Positions 12,611-24,706 of a stretch of DNA of 64,000 bases are shown here, in pieces. The translations under genes were made by a program, and so were the position numbers. The notes below the pieces were generated by a model. It worked only from the letters and a program-made list of their open reading frames with translations, searched no databases and had not been told where the DNA came from. Origin of the DNA: Tilletiaria anomala UBC 951 (lineage: Eukaryota); NCBI RefSeq assembly GCF_000711695.1, contig NW_013547021.1, positions 62,001 through 126,000 on the forward strand, given 5' to 3'. The first letter of the stretch is position 1; each line of letters opens with the position of its first letter.

Positions 12611-14009
12611 ACCTTTGACAGGCAAGCACGTAAACAGCGGGGGCAGTAAGAGATGTCTGCCACGAGGCCGTTCGATTTGTGCTAGCAAAGGCCAGGGGCT
12701 GCTGACGTCTGACAAGCTTGAGAAGACAGCTGGATAGAGGAAATGCTGGACGTGCAAGTGCGAAGCCGGCAAGACCTGGATGGCTTTGCGCTGTACGGGC
12801 TTTTGTCTTTGTTCGGTAGACCAGCGCAGCCGAGTTTGCTTTTTGCACTTGCCCGCCAGGCCCGCTCTTGCTTTCTAGCTTGGCAAAGGAGGTGGAGGAG
12901 ATGACCAGAAGACAGAAAGGGATGGTACTCCCTGGTGATAGGAAAGAATCGATAGAGGGACGATTTGGCAGCAAAGTGAAGCGATGAAATGCTGCGGCGG
13001 ACGCCGTTGTGAGTCTGACTTGAATTCGCCACAAGCCCGTTTCCACGCGCGCCAGAGCCAGATGGCAGGCCCAGACACTGCTGTGTGGGGCTGGGGCACT
13101 CAAGCAAGATAGTCCTAACTTTCCCCCAGCGTACAACGTCGGGGTTCTCTATGTTGCCTCATTCCATGAGGATGAGGGAGCTCTCGGATTCGTTTTTGCT
13201 ATATAGGATTGAGGGGGAGGCAGGTGGCAGGATGTGCGAAAGAACGGTGGGCTGTGCGAGTGATTGGTCTGTGGAAGGGCTGCGGTTGCGGGGAGGGACT
13301 GGTGGGCTGGAAAGCACACGCCCACGCCGCCCACGGGTCCAGGGCAACAAAAAAGGGACGTTGGTATTAGCTGAAAGGAATGCGCCTCGCCCCTTCCTTT
13401 GATTAAATAAAAAATAAAAATAAAGAAGTGTAACCCTCGCTGGCTTCTCCCTATGGTGGCCTGCTCACTGCTTAGGTTCTCGGGCAGTGCTCTGGCTGAG
13501 CTCGTTAGATCTGGACAGTGGACATGCCCCGATCGCTTGACGTCTCCAAAAAGAAAGAAAGAGGGAAAGCACAGAGAGCCAGAGTGGGTTGAGGGCGACT
13601 GACAACGGGCTTTACGTGTCGAGCAAAACTGTACCCGTAAACCTGTGCGCACGCTGCCCGAACCGCGAATGTTGCACCGAAAGTGACGACCAAGCTCAAC
13701 CCTTCGCTTTCGAGCTTCGTCGCTCCTCGCTTCCAAGCTCTCTGGGACAGCACGCAGGGCCAAACATGCGATGATCTCTTGTTGGACCTTGCATGTATTC
13801 GAGCAGGCAAATGCACCATAGACCCTCAATGGCTGGTTGCGTGAGCGTGTAGGTTGTGCAGGTACAAGACGTGCTCTTAGGACGTAGCTTTATACGACAT
13901 GCGCTCTATAGGCGGCCCCTGGCTGCTACCACCGCCGCCGTTTCTTGCAAGCTTCTGGCCACCAGCTCGCGACGACGACGATGACTTCTTCCGTCGTCAT
14001 CTTTCCATA

Positions 14010-15227
14010 ATGCGCCGTAGAGTACAGAATAAGGCACCCCAGTGGCCTCTCGCAGGAATAAGCGAGCCGGACGTGAGATGGCCGCTGACGCTCGCAGACG
14101 GCAACCCCTCGACCGCCTTTTCATCACCACCGCAACGCGCGGAAGTTGTCACCGCGAACACCACATCGCGCTCACATCCAATTCTATCAGCAGGTACTAT
14201 TCTAAGCGCAATCGCAGGCATAGGTTTCGCAGGCAGCGTAGCAGGGGCATTCATCTACACGATGCGCAAAGGGCGGAAAGAGGCGCTGCGAGAGGCTCAA
14301 GAAGCTGCTGCAATACTCGCTACTGGTTCTACGGTGGCAACAGAAAATGGTATTAGGGGCGCTGCCCAAGGATTGCGGCAGCAGAGTGGGGGAAGAAAGG
14401 CCGTATCATCAATCTTTGATTCAGACGCCTCTGCGCTGCCGCCTTCAGTGTTACGTCGATCGCCTTCTTATTTATCAGCAGCCGTGTCCGAATCGGGGCC
14501 AGCCGCCTCTCTGCCCTCATCTTCGGCATCAACAACGTCGAGGACATCCTATCCTTCTGCATTGCATCGTAGCAGAGGACACGGTGTCTCAGTTGGGCAC
14601 ACGTCAAGCCATTATCCGTGCCCATCAAATGCAACAGAAGCCCAGGAACTAGCAGCAAGTGGGCCTCTACTGGCTTTGAAAGCGTTCGGAATCGCGACAG
14701 CACTTGTCGGCATCGTCTCGCTTGTCACAGTCGAGATCTTACGTAGGTTATGGGATGTTAGGGATGTGAGTGCGATGTCCGTACAATCGATTCCCTTCAC
14801 CCAGCTTTCGCGTGTACTGTGTACGCGCGACGCTTAGCGTCGCAGCTGCACACCCAAATATTGATGCATAAGAGACAGATGCAAACGGCTGACGCTCATC
14901 GCTCATCACATGCCTTTCGCCGCGCAGATTGACGATTTTGTCATCAAGGTCACACGCGCCATACGGTCTGTTAGCCCTGCTCGGAATGATTCTAATGTGA
15001 ATGCAGATGATGGAGAAGGCGAGGAGGCAGCAACAGCAGCTTTGCCTTTGGCGCCGCCCTTGTTGAAGGACAGCATCTTCATGCAGCTAAGCGAAGCGCG
15101 CACGCCAGAGGAGTGGTTTCGACTCCTCAAGTCTCATTTGGATGCCGAGAGCACGCAAGATGCGCTCGCACGTGCTCAGCGCGTGCGGTTGCGCGACCAA
15201 GCTGAGAGTGCAGTTCGCAAAGCGTGA
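14010..15227 (+). CDS. Membrane protein, TMEM242/DUF1358-like, 2 exons
   Basis: Two hydrophobic segments (ILSAIAGIGFAGSVAGAFIY; LLALKAFGIATALVGIVSLV..RRLWDVRD/IDDF); intron 14766-14928. Family call rests on the ALKAFGIAT motif. Confidence 0.6.
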
Positions 15228-15336
15228 GGGAGACAGGATAACCAGACAATCGAGGTTGAAAGCGTCTGCTTTGCAATGCAATGAACTAGAACCATGATAG
15301 CAAACGTTCCCAAATTCATCATGAATGCATACGAGT

Positions 15337-16969
15337 TCAAGGTTGCCCTCCTACTGCCTGGCGTGCATCCTGCTCGGTGTAAGCAGGAGGGACATCGTCG
15401 TACAGTGCGGCGGCGGCCGGGCGGCTGGGCAGCGGAGGCGGCACTACTGCGGCGCCAGCAAGGGAACTGCGGGAAGCGACCTGCCTGCGCCTGGCCTGCT
15501 CAGCTGCTGCTGCCTGCGGCGAGACTGTCGCACCAGGCATGACGAAATCGTTTTCACCTTGCGGCGCAAAAGGCAGCTTGTTCCTCTGACTGCTACTCGG
15601 ACTGCTCGGCCGGGCCAAGTCTTTCCACCCCCTGATCTCGCCCAGATTGTATGTCTCCTCCTTCGTCAACTTCTTCAGCTCACCGCTTGCAAACGCGTGC
15701 TGTCGCTTCTCGAGATCGTGCGCGAGCATCGCCGCGCCGACGCGGTTGGAGATGCTCAGCGCAATCCCGATCAGCGGCATGCGCTCCGCCGTAGCGCACG
15801 CGAAGCCGAAAGCGCGCAGGCTGAACTGGCGCTCAGTCATGAAGAGGTCCACTTGCATTGGCGTCATACGCTTCGCCGCGAAGAAGGGTGTCAGCAGCTG
15901 GCGGCCGTAAGAAAACGAGCGTAAGTAGGCGCCCACGGCAAGAGACAGGACTGCGTCGCGGAGCCACCAAGACGATGTCATATGATCAGCCCTCTTTCTC
16001 TTCTTTGTCGCAGCGTTGTTTCGACTCACATGGAATGAAATCGAGAGGAAGAAGTACGACTGGAAGGTCAAAAGGAAGCGCGCTCGTCAACATAGGTCAG
16101 ACGGATGCGCTCATCTGACATGTGTACCTCTAAGCATGACGCGCGTGATGATCGGACTCGCCAAACGCCGATAAAGTGGTGCTTTCTTGGAATTCTTCTG
16201 CGCTTTTTCATACGGAGGCTCCTCCCACTCTTCTTGGTATGGAATCCACCAATCTGCAGTTTTTCCTCTGCTGGCAACCGTCACATCGTATGCCTTGTTT
16301 CGGTACTCGGCAAGCTGCCGGCGAAGGAAGAACTCGATTATGGTCTGGCATTGTGATGCGACGAACACCATGGCAGCGAAAGTGGTGAGAGACGGAAGTG
16401 GGAGCGTGAAGCCCAGCGGATCGTCCACTCTGTCGGCCGTGCGAGTCAATGTATTGTAAATCCTAAGGAGGCCCAGCGTACAAGCAGGTCAGGGTTGTCG
16501 ATTGCGGGCGAATTGTCTCCTTTTTAAACACAATGGCTCCACTCACCCTTTCATTCCGGTGACGCTGGCACTGGTGCTCATGAAAAAGCTGACGAACCAT
16601 TTCTGGATAGGCCACGTGAAGAACGCCCAAGCACCGGCGATCAAGCTAGCGCGCTTCGCTGCCTTGGAGCATTTGGCCCACATTGGCTTCCAGAGCTGCG
16701 GGTCGTGCAAGAGGCGATACGCGCCGACTTGATAATTTCAGCGTGATTACAAGTGAGAAATAAGCATAAATCAAAAGGTCGAGCACGAAACAACCGGAGA
16801 AATGGCGCCGTAATGCAGACGCAGCGAGACCAGGGGTGAAACGCCCGAATGGAAAAGAGGCACAGTCATGGCGCGTTAGCTCCTCCAGGCACTGAGCAGT
16901 GTATACAGGAGCAGAAAGGGGCCCACCGAACACATAAGTCGGTGACACATGCAGGAATTCTTGAGGCAT
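15337..16969 (-). CDS. EI24/Lds1-Rrt8-like multi-pass membrane protein, several exons
   Basis: PTYVF/VGAYRLLHDPQLWKPMW, AYDVTVASRGK, FGFACATAERMPLIG..SISNRVGAAMLAHDLEKRQH; GT-AG introns join the pieces. Confidence 0.7.
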
Positions 16970-19353
16970 GATTGACGTCTTGAAGAGTTGTGCTTCACGT
17001 TGCTGCTGCACTAAGGATCGATCCAAGCTGCTTAGGAAAGAGACGGAAGAGCGTTGACGGCGTGCTCCAAAAGGAAAAAGTTTCCCAGCCTTCGCACGAT
17101 CGATGGGTTCTCAAGCGAAGTGAAGCCGACGTCCTCGCCTGTTAAGGTGAACGATCTGGCTTGGCTACATCGGCCACCGTGAGCACGAATGTGACAGTGT
17201 AACCAGGTCCGTTCAGCGTTGGAAATGCGGTGGTTGGCGAGAGTGGGTGACATTAACCAACCAGTCATCAATGGGGCCGTCGGCATTCCGAAGTTACCAG
17301 TGGGTGATAGGTCAATGGCATCACGTGACTTTATTTGGATGTCTCCGAAAGTCAGGAATGCCCTCTCTCCGGACCGGTGAATCAGATCAGGACAACAAGA
17401 ACTGATGCCAGGTGGAATCAATGCCACCGTCCGGGGCCTGCACAAGAAGCTACAAGGCTTGCGTAGGGAGCTCGCAGAGCCCCCCGCGCGGCGTGAGCCG
17501 ACAACACGCACACGAAGCCAGGTACCGCAGAGGATTCTGGGTTCCAGCTGCCCTTTGGCTTGCCCAAAGTGTAGTTCGCGCCCTGCTACAACAATGCGCT
17601 AGGGGATCCACGAGCGCAAGCTTGCCCTCGCATGAGCTCAGGCACGCCCCTGGGTCCCATATTGGTCTTCTAGCACTGGAGCAAAGGGTCACCACTTGAG
17701 CAGAGAAGCGTGCAGAGCGAGCAAGCCGGGCATGACGGCGAGCAGGTAGCGCAACCGCGGCTATAGACGCCAACCGCGCATGTTCGACTGATCCAGCAAT
17801 TGGCTGGTCGAGGAAGATGTCGTCTTCGGAAGTCGGAGTGCCGGCTCTCGGGACACGATGCACCGCCAACGGCGGCTCGCTGGTGCAACAGCTACAGCAG
17901 CGCCCTCCAATCCCACTCTTGGCGATTCTTGGACGTCAACCCCAATCCTTCGACCAATCCAACGAGAATGACGAACTCCCAAGATGTATACAGCTTGAGG
18001 CCACAACATTGTCCTCTTTGGGCAAGCTTATTCCATCCCTCTTTGGTGCTGCAGCATCTACGTCTAGCAGGGAGACGCCATAGCTGGCGAGGTGTTGGAA
18101 GTGAGGCTGACAGTATCGTGCAACGGGATGGAAGGTATGATAAAATATTTTAAGCAGATAGACCGAGAAATTGAGAAAGGGAGCTGGAGAAAACAAGGGA
18201 GGCTCCGTTTTGCATCGCATTCGGCTCGGTTACAAGAGTTGCGTCTGGTAATAAAATGCACTCGAAGGGTTGGGCTACTTGTGTGGCGGCACGCGATGCC
18301 CTCGCCTCCGGAACAAAGTCTTTCTTTCCCGGAAACCCCCAGAAAAATCTTTCGAAAATTGCCCATCAAGACGTCGGCCCGATCCGGTTTGACCCTCTGC
18401 CCCCAGAGCCTGCCAGAAGGCAGAGCCCAGAAATTCGTCTCTCTGTGGTAGTGTGGTCCCATCAGCTCTTGGCAATCTATGCCATTTCGGCTGCCGCCTC
18501 TACGGCACGTCTTCCTTTCCAATTTCTAGTACTTCTCCAGTCCTTAGACAAAAGCATCGCTGGCGGCCGTCCAGTGACCAGCGAAGTATGTGCCTGTGTT
18601 ATGTATTCACATGTCGCGAAGGCATTGCTGCCAGTGTAAAGTACCAAATGAGCGAGCCAACGAGAAGTAAGACTAAGGCGTTCAGTCTTGATTGATTAGA
18701 TGGGGGTTGGGGAGCACTGGCCACTCGTGCAGTGCGGTCGTAGCGCCATGACGTCGCAAGCGAACGCCCTTTGCACAGTTGGCGTGCTGGCAGGAGAGGG
18801 AGGCAGCACTGGGACACTGTGCACGAGCCATCTTTGTTGCGGTCATTAACTCAACTTTGTCAGGTTGGGTTATGGCTTGATCGGTGATCATACTTTGGGC
18901 AGCACGCCTGTCTTCTCTCCTGTCTTAGTGCTGCCATCTCCGATCAGCGTGCACCCAAACGAAGCGACGCGCACCGGGTGGGGGCCACTTCTCCGCCCAC
19001 TCCGTCGAAGAAGAAGCGCTCATCTCGCCAACTTAGTAGCAACACGCCCACAGAGAGCATGATCAGGATGTTGGCCGAAAGCACTTTCATCCAGAGTGAA
19101 CTTCCTTCTTCCCCTCGACGGCATCATCTCACTTCTCCTTCTCAACATACTTCACCAAGAGCTGTTATTGTACAAGCAACAGCAGCCTCTCTTAGTAACC
19201 CATCCACATCTCTTTACCATCGTGAGTACTTGCGTGCCTCCAGGAGTGGTGATCTCAAAGGAGGGTAGCTCATCGTACCCTCGTCTCCCATCGCATGCTC
19301 TTCGACTTCTTGCCCTCAACCTGACAACACCAAGAGCAACACAAACAGTCACA

Positions 19354-21021
19354 ATGACCACTGCACTGGACAGCCTCAAGCAGTTCACCGTCGTCGTCTC
19401 CGACTCAGGTGACTTTGAGAGTATCGCCGCTTACAAGTGAATAATAAAGGATCAGGTGATGCGCTGAGCCGCTCCGCCCAGTTGCAATGCTGATCATATG
19501 TCTGCCTTTCATTTCCACTTGTCTCCAATCACCAGGCCACAGGATGCTACCACTAACCCTGTAAGTGCAGACATCTGGGACAGCGTCAACGCCGAAGGCC
19601 AGCATCTGCCGCAGAGCATGTTGGAAGGGCGCAGGCGTGTCATTAGAAGAGTATTGTGCAAGCGCAGCTCTTGTCTGTATAGCCTTCGGGGCCCCTTTGC
19701 GCACTGCTACCGAGCACCCCTGTGGCGATGGCGCTGCCTCGCTAGGAAAACGAAGCTTCTTGTCGCTGACGAGATTTTTTTTCCTTTGTCTCTTATAGTC
19801 CCTGATCCTGGCTGCTGTCAAGCAGGAGAAGTACAGCAGGCTCATTGATGTTGCTATCAAGTACGCCAAGGAGAAGGTGGGCAGATACGCCTTGCTCAAC
19901 AAACAGAAAAAGTAAAATCTGATTTCAAACCCTGTCTTTTTGGAATTTCCAGGAGCCATCCGACAAGGCAAAGCAGTCTTCGCTCGCCATCGACCGCCTG
20001 CTCGTCGAGTTCGGTAAGGAGATCTTGCAAGTCATCCCCGGCCGCGTCTCGACCGAGGTGGACGCGTCGCTCTCCTTTGACAAGGACGCGACCATCGCCA
20101 AGGCCAAGCACCTGATCGAGCTCTACGAGTCGCTCGGCATCAAGAAAGAGCGCATCCTCATCAAGATCGCCTCGACTTACGAGGGTATCCAGGCTGCGCG
20201 CGAGCTCGAGCGCGACCACGACATCCACTGCAACCTCACCCTCCTCTTCGGCTTCTCGCAAGCCGTCGCATGCGCTGAAGCGGGTGTCACCTTGATCAGC
20301 CCATTTGTCGGTCGTGCGTACCTCTAAAAGAACCGCTCTGCAAGGCTTGGATATTCAACTAACCCTTGTCTCCCGAATGACCAGGTATCCTTGACTGGTG
20401 AATCATCTTTGTTGCATTGGCTCTAATTGCTGGACAAGCAAGCTGACTCGTATGCTTTCAATCAACAGGCACAAAGCAAAGACTGGCAAAGACTTCTCTG
20501 GTGCCGAGGACCCGGGCGTGAAGTCTGTCCAGAGGATCTACAAGTGCGTACCACCTCCCAGCCATACTTTGTAAAATGAGCTCGCTGATTGCTCGTTTCC
20601 TACAGCTACTACAAGCAGCACTCATATAAGACGATCGTCATGGGTGCCTCATTCCGCAACACTAGTGAGATCGAGGAGCTCGCTGGATGCGACTTCCTGA
20701 CCATCTCGCCAGCGCTGCTCGAGAAGTTGCAGCAGGACAAGAAGCAGCTGCAACGCAAGCTCAGCCCAGAGAACGCTAAGACTGCCGAGCAGATACCCAA
20801 GGTCAGCTTCGTCGACAACAGGGCCGCTTTCCAGTGGGAGCTCTTCAAGTGCGTTTCTTTTTGAGACGGATCATCAATATTACAGGCGTGCACTGCTGAC
20901 ACTTGCATTTTGTGCTTCACTCAACAGCGACGAGATGGCCTGGGACAAGCTGCACGAGGGTATCCGCAAGTTCGCCGCCGACGCCGTCACGCTGCGTGAC
21001 GTGATCGAGAAGAGGCTTTGA
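19354..21021 (+). CDS. TAL1: Transaldolase, 8 exons
   Basis: [90 protein letters not shown]. Confidence 0.97.
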
Positions 21022-21703
21022 GCGTCGATAGCAAAGCAAATGAAATCGCCCCGTTGATGCTCTCTTCAGCCGTTTGATAGTTGATGAATCATTGCGCCAT
21101 TTTCTGGAAGAAAAAAAATCATGTCATTACATTTCTGTTGGCAGTTCTAGAGCGTCTGATGTCTCCAAGCGACCTCAATATCCTGTTACTTTCTTTGCAT
21201 GTGTTATCCATGCTGAACCCAGGGACGCAACGAGCTTGCTGTAGAGACCTCCGTGACTCGGCGGGTTGCAAGATCCTGAACACACGCGCGGCCAGTGTGT
21301 AGAGCCATTTATCAACCTGTGCCCGCTCCCCGCCGAGCGCTGAGCTGCCACTGCGAGAAATTGGCGAACTTCGCCTCAGAAATAAGTCTTGCTTGCTGTC
21401 TATCAAAAGCATAAGGTCACCTGGCTGAAACATGTTACAGCGTCAGTTCGCGTGACCCATACGGAGCAAGAGATGACTTTGGTTGCGATGTCGGCCTCGT
21501 GCGATCCCCCGTTGCCTTGCACAAGCACGCCCTGCACCATTTGGAAAACGTGTCGATGGGGACCCTGCATGATTCAACCAGAGCAGAACAGGCGGGAGTT
21601 CCCTTCGTAAGCACGCTGCGCTGTATTACTAGTGAGAGCACGTTCTTCGCAATGAGTGATAAGATGCGCGACAGGGTGGCGTGTGCTGGGGATCCAAACT
21701 ACA

Positions 21704-22778
21704 TCAAGACTGTTGCGCACTGGCAAAGTTCTCGGAGAGCGTCTTCGCCATGACATAATGCACCTCGACCGCTTTTTCCATCAGCTGTTGAACAGCCGCG
21801 TCCAGCTCATCTGAATCCATGCCACCTCGCACCGCATGGCGCATACTCGTCACGCTGCCTAGTGCCGGCATCGCATTGAGCTGCAGCCAGCCGAGCGCAG
21901 AAGATGTCTGGACTTCTAGGCGTGTTGGATCGACAAGAAGCGAGAAAGAGGGCGAGGGAAGAACTGCTACAGCAGCAGAAGATGTTGAAGCCTTTGTATA
22001 AGATGAGCATGTGACGAACGCACCGCATACGCCAGCGACAAGGCCGTACGTCTCTATCCCTGCTTCCGCCAATGCGGTACTAGCAACGGTGACGGCTGCA
22101 GCGATGCACGATTCTTCGGGCCCATCTGCTTCAAGGATCTGCACGAGTACGTCGATGGAGGCCTTGGGTAGGAGATCGAGGCGTAGTGACGGGAGAAGCG
22201 CTTCATGGATATGGTGGCCAAGCGAAGCCGATTCGGCGTCCTAGATGAGACATGCCAAGGGTGATGAGATAGCCACCTCGACCCAGCTGGCCCTCCAGCT
22301 ACAACTCACCTTTCCCGGCCGCTTTCTCCATTCCGTTGCAAATGGCGAATATCGAACATCAACGTTCAATTCGGCCTTGCCGCTGTACTGTCGCCCTCGG
22401 ATCTGCCTCGGTCCATAGATGGCGCACGCGATCTTCATCCCGCCAGTCTCGATATACGCACTCCCGCTGGCTTGGGGGATGAGCCCGCATTGGAGGACTA
22501 TGGGGGAAATATTCCGTGTATAGCAACAACCCTGTCAGTTGCCAAAGGCACAGGGCGATCAAGCTTGTGAAAATCCTAGCTCGCACAGCACACTCACAGA
22601 TGGGCCGTAGCGCTTGCGCCGTCCGGCCGTCCCCTCTGTCTACTGCTTTGCCCTTTGTGGCGGCGCACAACCTCTTCACTTCTAGGTCTACATGTAGCTC
22701 TTCATGCGCATAGACCGGAGGGCAGGACTCTTCGGGTCCATTGTTTCTCCGCTTGTCCCACAGCTGTGACGCACTCAT
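21704..22778 (-). CDS. MTR3: Exosome complex RNase PH-domain subunit Mtr3, 3 exons
   Basis: WDKRRNNGPEES, GSAYIETGGMKIACAIYGPR, YSPFA, LPKASIDVLVQILEADG. Confidence 0.85.
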
Positions 22779-23220
22779 GTTGGCGGTTCTTTCGGGGGCG
22801 AGGCCCCTTTCTACTGTCGACGATACTGATGATCCAGAGCGATGGCTCAGCTCCCAAGTAAGTTTCTGTTCACGACGAGCGAATATGTTGCTGAGGTAGC
22901 ATTATCGTCGGCCTCGTTGCTTTCGATGCTCCAATGGGCATTAAATGTTGCGTCTTGTGACATTGCACTTGTAGAGATTAAGATGAGGCTCATCATGGCG
23001 ATCACGTCCTCAAACCTCCGAGGGCGGAACCGAGAAGACAGCCAAGTCAAAGCTAGGCACGGGAGCACTCTTCAGAGATTCCACAGCACTCTTTTTCCTT
23101 GCTGAAATTTCTTGCAGTAGCATTTCGTCCTGTTGATCCTCATTCGTAGCATGCTCCCCTTAAGAAAACGTAGGTTCGTTTCTGAAGGCCACGGACATTC
23201 CCACTATAGACCTGGCAAAC

Positions 23221-24649
23221 ATGGCTGCTGTTCTCGATCTACCGTTTTCCCTCAGCGAAGCGCCCACAGGCTTCAAGACTAGCGCCGCACCGCAGGCCAT
23301 CTCCAAGCCCACCACTTCGACCCTCTTTGCGGCTGGCCCTTCGTATCTCGGCCACGTCCGCCGGCAGCTCAACCAGCTGAGTTTTGAGCAAGATGATGAC
23401 GCTGAGAAGAAAAGGCTCGAGGCAGAACTCCAAGCAAACGGTGCAGACGAAGAGAACGTTGACCTTCCGGACGAAGAGGAGGACGAGGATCTCCTAGCTC
23501 GGGATCCAAAGGAGTGGAAGTCACAAGACCACTATGCTGTTCTCGGTCTCTCCTCCTTGCGTTACAAGGCGAGCCCAGAGCAAATCAAACTCGCACATCG
23601 CAGAAAGGTGCTCAAGCACCACCCCGACAAGAAGGCCGGAAGCTCGGGGCTGGCGAATGACGACTCTTTCTTTAAGTGCATCGCCAAGGCACACGAGGTT
23701 CTTGCCAACCCGGAGCGCCGTCGCCAATTCGACTCTGTAGACGAGGCGATCGATGACGAGGCCGTACCTACAGGCAAGGAGAAGCCAGAGAACTTCTACA
23801 AGCTTTGGGCTCCTGTTTTCGCACGCGAGGCACGCTTCTCAGAACCCAAGAATGGCCCCATTCCGTCCCTGGGCGACGAGGACTCCACCAAGCAGCAAGT
23901 CGACGAGTTCTACAGCTTCTGGTACAACTTTGACTCGTGGAGGTCGTTTGAGTACCTCGACAAAGAGATCAACGAGGGAAGCGAGGCACGTGACGACAAG
24001 CGCTACACGGAGAAGAAGAACAAGAGCGAGCGTGCGCGGAGAAAGAAGGAGGACAACGTCAGGTTGCGCAACCTGGTGGACAAGGCGCTCTCTGTCGACC
24101 CGCGCATCAAGAAGTTCAAGGCTGAGGAGAAGGCAGCCAGGGAGGCGAAGCGCAACAAGGGTAAGCCTGGCCAGGCCAATGGCGGCTTGACACCTGCACA
24201 GCTCGCCGAGCAGAAGAAGCAGAAGGAGGAGGAAGAGAAGAAGGCCAAGGAAGAGGCCGTGAAGAAGGAGGAGGCTGACAAGGTAATTTTATCGACTTTC
24301 GTACGCATTGTAATTGATACTGACCCCTCACTTTCTTTGCATGCAGCTCGCACGCGCTGACGCGAAGAAGGCAAAAGAGGCAGCTAAGAAGAACCTCAAA
24401 AAGGAGAAGAAGCGTCTTCGCGACATCATTACGTCCAACAACTATTTCCAGGCCGCTGGCGCCGCTCCCAGTGCTTCTGTCATCGAGGCGCAGCTCAATG
24501 GCCTCGACGCCATTTGTGGCGCTCTCGAGCCTGAGGAAGTTGTCGCGCTTCGCGAAGCATGCGAGAAGGCAGGTAGCGCTGACGGCGCCAAGAACGAGCT
24601 GAACAAAGCTGCCGAGAGCAAGAGTATCGCTGCTGGTGCATTCGCGTAG
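23221..24649 (+). CDS. ZUO1: Zuotin, ribosome-associated J-domain chaperone, 2 exons
   Basis: DPKEWKSQDHYAVLGL, HRRKVLKHHPDKK, FY.FWYNFDSWRSFEYLD, DPRIKKFK. Confidence 0.97.
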
Positions 24650-24706
24650 ATTGACTCTGCGCGTGAATTATAGATCATAGAGAGTGTGATACATACGTTG
24701 CTCGCT

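Noticed and set aside
18678..18693. AGGCGTTCAGTC, complementary to a large-subunit rRNA segment and followed by TTGA (possible C/D guide)
   Set aside because: No proper C box or terminal CTGA; a 12-nt match is weak evidence and the rRNA sequence was recalled from memory.
17000..19300. Short ORFs in the divergent region upstream of TAL1
   Set aside because: No recognisable motif, consistent splice model or clear codon bias.
19561..19798. TPP riboswitch or HDV-like ribozyme in the transaldolase intron
   Set aside because: No CUGAGA/AUACC aptamer core; the CCTCGCT loop lacks P1, P1.1 and P3 partners.
21001..21060. Cryptic peroxisomal targeting of transaldolase by stop-codon readthrough
   Set aside because: Stop context is TGA GCG rather than TGA CTA, and the extension ends SPR; the native EKRL is not a canonical PTS1.
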